Assembly (NCBI GenBank): GCA_032718475.1
Contig: JAUCBJ010007346.1
Coordinates: 1 to 64,000, forward strand
Direction of reading: 5' to 3'
DNA length: 64,000 bases
DNA from: Nemertoderma westbladi
Lineage: Eukaryota > Animalia > Xenacoelomorpha
The notes under the pieces are model-generated. The model did not search any database. It saw only the letters and a list, made by a program, of their open reading frames with translations, and had not been told where the DNA came from. Position numbers and translations under genes: made by a program. Shown in pieces: positions 59,501-64,000 of the stretch (the first letter of the stretch is position 1; each line of letters begins with the position of its first letter).

Positions 59501-62500
59501 TCTTATACGATGTTATGGGTAACAAATTACAGGAATCATACATACATGCAGTACATGAACCCCAGTATGAAAAATCTAATATGGAACCGGAATCACAAGT
59601 AAGTATTGAGGAAGAACCTCATATTAATAACGAACAGAAACCAACAGAGACTTCCCCAGTTCAACCAGAGATCTTATACAATGTTATGGATAACAAATTG
59701 CAGGAATCACACATACATGCAGTACATGAACCCCAGTATGAAAAATCTATTGGGGAACTGGCTTCACAAATAAATAATGTAGAAGAATCTCGTATTGACA
59801 GTAAATTAAAACCAACAAAGTCTTCTGCAGTTCAACCAGAGGTCTTATACGATGTTTTGGATAACAAATTGCAGGAATCACACATACCTGCAGTACATCA
59901 ACCACAGTTTGTAAAATCTAATATGGAACTGGACTCACAAGTAAGTATTATGGAAGAATCTCATATTGACATTAAATTAAATCAACCGGAGATCTTATAC
60001 GATGTTATGGATAACAAATTACAGAAAACATACATAAATGAAGTTCATCAACCTCAATATGCAAAATTGAATATGGAACTGGAATCACAAGTCAATATTG
60101 TTGAAGAATCTCATATTAACATCAAACAAAAATCAACAGAGGCTTCTCCAGTTGTTGAGATTTTATGTGATACCAAAGAAAACAAAGTAAATGAATCATC
60201 ATATATAGATGCAGTACATCAACCTCAGTATGCAAAAACTAATATGGAACTGAACTCACAAGTCAATATTGTGGAAGAATCTCATATTAATAACAAACAG
60301 AAACCAACAGAGACTTCTTCAGTTCAACCAGAGGTCTTATACGATGTTATGGATAACAAATTGCAGGAATCCTACATACCTGCAGTCCATCAACCTCAAT
60401 ATGCAAAATCTAATATGGAACTGGAATCACAAGTCAATATTGTTGAAGAATCTCATATTAACATCAAACAAAAATCAACAGAGACTTCTCCAGTTGTTGA
60501 GATTTTATGTGATACCAAAGATAACAAAGTAAATGAATCATCATATATAGATGCAGTACATCAACCCCACTATGCAAAAACTAATATGGAACTGAACTCA
60601 CAAGTCAATATTGTGGAAGAATCTCATATTAATAACAAACAGAAACCAACAGAGACTTCTTCAGTTCAACAAGAGGTCTTATACGATGTTATGGATAACA
60701 AATTGCAGGAATCATATATACCTGCAGTACATCAACCCCAATATGGAAAATGGAATATGGAACTGGAATCACAAGTCAATATTGTTGAAGAATCTCATAT
60801 TAACATCAAACAGAAATCTACAGAGACTTCTCCAGATGTTGAGATATCTTATGATAATAAAGTCAACAAATTACAGGAATCATACTTACGTGAAGTACAT
60901 CAACCCCAAGATGCAAAATCTAATTTGGTACTGGACTCTCAAGTGATTATGGTCCAAGAGTCTCATATTGAATGCAAAGAAAAACCAATAGAAATAAATT
61001 TAGATGCAGGGGTTATAAACAATATCAAGGTTAGACAAGTATTGGAGTCAAACAAAGAGCCCCAATATACAAATATAAATGTAGATCTGGACTCACAAGT
61101 ATATATAATGGACGAATCTCATATTGAAAATCCACATATTTCATCTCAAGAAGATAATGGTTTTGTTGAATATTTAAGATTGTCAGAAACAAATATTCTA
61201 CCAGATATGAAAACTCACAAACCATACATCAACATCAACCCGGATCGATTCGCAAATAAGTCTCTAGATACAGTAGTGATGGATCATATTCAATTAGATG
61301 ATTCACGAGTTCCTATTGTACCTTATTACAATGAGGATACAAACTCTGGTTGCTTATTTATTAATGATTCTGATGATAATGAAGATACGATAATGGTTGC
61401 AAATTACAAAAACGTTGATGATGAAGTAGAAAAACTACAAGTTACTGGAACTGGTCCAGAGGTATTTACTAAACCCCCCTTGGAAAGGATTACACTTGAA
61501 TCAGATGATGCTAAACTTTCATCTCAAACTGAACATGTAAACTATGGTGGAAACATAAACATGGAAATTAATGACCGTGAAGATGAACCAGATTCAAAAG
61601 AAATTCAAAATGTTCGGAAAGTACAATTTGGCAATCACACAAGAGTAAAGATTCCCTATTTACCTTATGAGGAAGGCGTTAGATTGACAAGTATAAAACA
61701 AATTAATTACAATGAAGCTCTCATCCTTGATGATGATCCAACATCTCCATCAATTAATATGAAGAATTCTGTTGAAAGTGAGGATTTACAAAATCAAGAT
61801 ATTTCAATTATTCAAACTGACCAAAATTTTTCTGAAAATAGACTAGTTTCTATTATTGAAGAAAACCAATCCGATCCCGAGAATATATCAAATAGCTCTG
61901 AAGTTGCTAAGGAATCTGAACCCCCAATGCAAGTCAATTCCGTGAGATTACAAGAAACTTTTCCTTCAGTCGCTGTGAAATATTGTGATGAACCTATGCC
62001 TGACATTTCTATTGAGGGCAATGTTCAATCCCCAACTACAAACATAGATTTTGGATCGCAATATAGTTATTCAAATGAATCATCTATAAGTATAATTCCA
62101 TCAACCTTGATTAAATCTAATACAATAATGTATTCTGATCAGCCAATGATAAGTCGTTTATCATATATTGAATCCGATTCTACATTCAATGTCGAGCTAT
62201 TGCAAGATAGTTATATTATAAATGGCTTTGATGTAGCTTGTGATGTCAGTCAACATTCCATCAAGGAAAACCAATTGTCTGAAAGTTCCAGTGTAATTAA
62301 TGATATAGATAGTGTTGCAAGAGTGAATGAATCTGAGAATTTTGAATTTAATGCTGAATTTAGCGAATCCAAGGACAATTCCATGAACTACATGAATCGA
62401 TCAACAATCGAATATTCCATAAATCCAGATATTGGTAACAAACGTGCAATTGATGATCATCTCCATTTTACACAAACGGGACCTGAAGTATTTAGTGAAC

Positions 62501-64000
62501 CACTCTCGGAAGCATACTTAGGACCCGTCAATGCAAGTATAGACCATTTCAACCAACCTGAGGTATTAACAAGTCCACACATCGATGACAACTTTACTAC
62601 TGCTCATGATAAAATTCAGTTTTCACAAAGAGGGCCTGAAGTATTTTGTGAACAATCTTCAGAAGCACCATTATCACCTATCAATGTATCTGCTGATGCT
62701 CTTAGCCAACCTGCAGTGTCAACAAGTACAGATATTGATGGCAAATATACAATTATTGATGATCGTGTTCAGTTTTCACAAACAGGGCCTGAAGTATTCA
62801 GTGAACCACCTTCAGAACCATACTTAGTACCTATCAATGAAAGTGTAGACAATCACAACCAACCACCTGAGATATTAACAAGTCCAAATATGGATGGCTA
62901 TTTTACTACTGCTCATGATAAAATTCAGTTTTCACAAAGAGGGCCTGAAGTATTTTGTGAACAATCTTCAGAAGCACCCATATCACCTATGAATGTATGT
63001 GCTGATGCTCTTAGCCAACCTGCAGTGTCAACAAGTCCAGATATTGATGGCAAATATACAATTATTAATGATCGTGTTCAGTTTTCACAAACAGGGCCTG
63101 AAGTATTCAGTGAACCAGCTTCAGAACCATACTTAGTACCTATCAATGAAAGTGTAGACAATCACAACCAACCACCTGAGATATTAACAAGTCCAAATAT
63201 GGATGGCTATTTTACTACTGCTCATGATAAAATTCAGTTTTCACAAAGAGGGCCCGAAGTATTTTGTGAACAATCTTCAGAAGCACCAATATCACCTATC
63301 AATGGAAGTGATGATGCTCGTAGCCAACCTGCAGTATCAACAAGTACAGAACTATACTTAGTACCTATCAATGCAAGTGTGGACTATCTCAGACAACCTG
63401 AGGTGTTATCAAGTGCATATATTGATAGTAAACGTACTACAGTTCAAAGTCATCGTAAATTTTTACAAAGAGGACCCGAAGTATTCATTGAACCATCCTC
63501 GGAATCACATCCTAAAGACGCCATTACAGATTTCAACACTGGCAATGAGGATGATACAGACCTACGGATGATATTAGATAAAGACATTGATATTGAAGAG
63601 GAAACGATTGGGCAAACTATTTCATCCTATACAAACGAAACAGAAACTAATGATATTGATAATCTCATTGCCGATGCTAATATTTCAACAGAAAATTCAG
63701 AAGAGACGAAAATTTATGTGACAAATTCCAACGGGTTGTCTTGTAAAACTGAACTTGATAATTCAAAGGCATTAGGAATTAAACCAGATATTGAAGAGCA
63801 AGTAATACCTGAAAAAATTATTTGTGAAAGCAAATTTAAATTTCTTACAGAATTTATTGATATGTATGATAACCCAATACACATATCAATTCCAACATCA
63901 AAGAAATTTCCTAAAAAAGACTTGTTAGAATATTTTAGAACTTCAAATTCTAGCAATAGTGTAGAAGAACCCCCTTGTAGAACTGGTTTTATTAGAAAGG
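53586..64000 (+). CDS. Giant exon (>10.4 kb, >3,470 codons, open at the window end) of an unknown acidic repeat protein
   Basis: Acceptor GGTTTTTAG|A. The frame starting at 53587 (YQRHSIQMAQRS...) had no stop in the lines spot-translated through to 64000. Contains ~57-aa repeats (~54900-61000) and ~50/100-aa repeats (~62450-63500). Indels in the repeats preserve frame. Confidence 0.85.

Noticed and set aside
55751-60946. Repeated MLWITNCRNH... ORFs in the track
   Set aside because: Off-frame shadows of the giant frame-1 exon; they end in stops in each unit.

Overview
AT-rich metazoan (invertebrate-like) nuclear DNA, not prokaryotic. It holds six recognisable or well-supported genes, all with very few introns: WASHC3/CCDC53 (intronless), MEK1/2 (MAP2K1-like, 2 exons), an intronless Ig-domain type I membrane receptor with an ITIM-like motif, GFER/Erv1 (2 exons), GET1/WRB (intronless, 227 bp upstream of GFER on the same strand), and a giant repeat-protein gene with a >10.4 kb exon that runs off the window and is missing from the ORF track. 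The rest is mobile and repetitive DNA: two near-identical dead hAT(m)-type transposase copies, four RTE-group LINE fragments, two large palindromic non-autonomous DNA transposons (Academ-like and IS3EU-like, both with TSDs), MITEs, tRNA-derived SINE heads, several minisatellites and many poly-G/poly-C tracts. The most unusual locus is GFER. Its last codons plus stop codon are tandemly amplified about 32 times as a 42-bp array just downstream, its shuttle motif is CRVRAC instead of CRAC, it carries an 11x heptad linker, and it may be co-transcribed with GET1. All family assignments come from motif recognition by eye; no database search was run.
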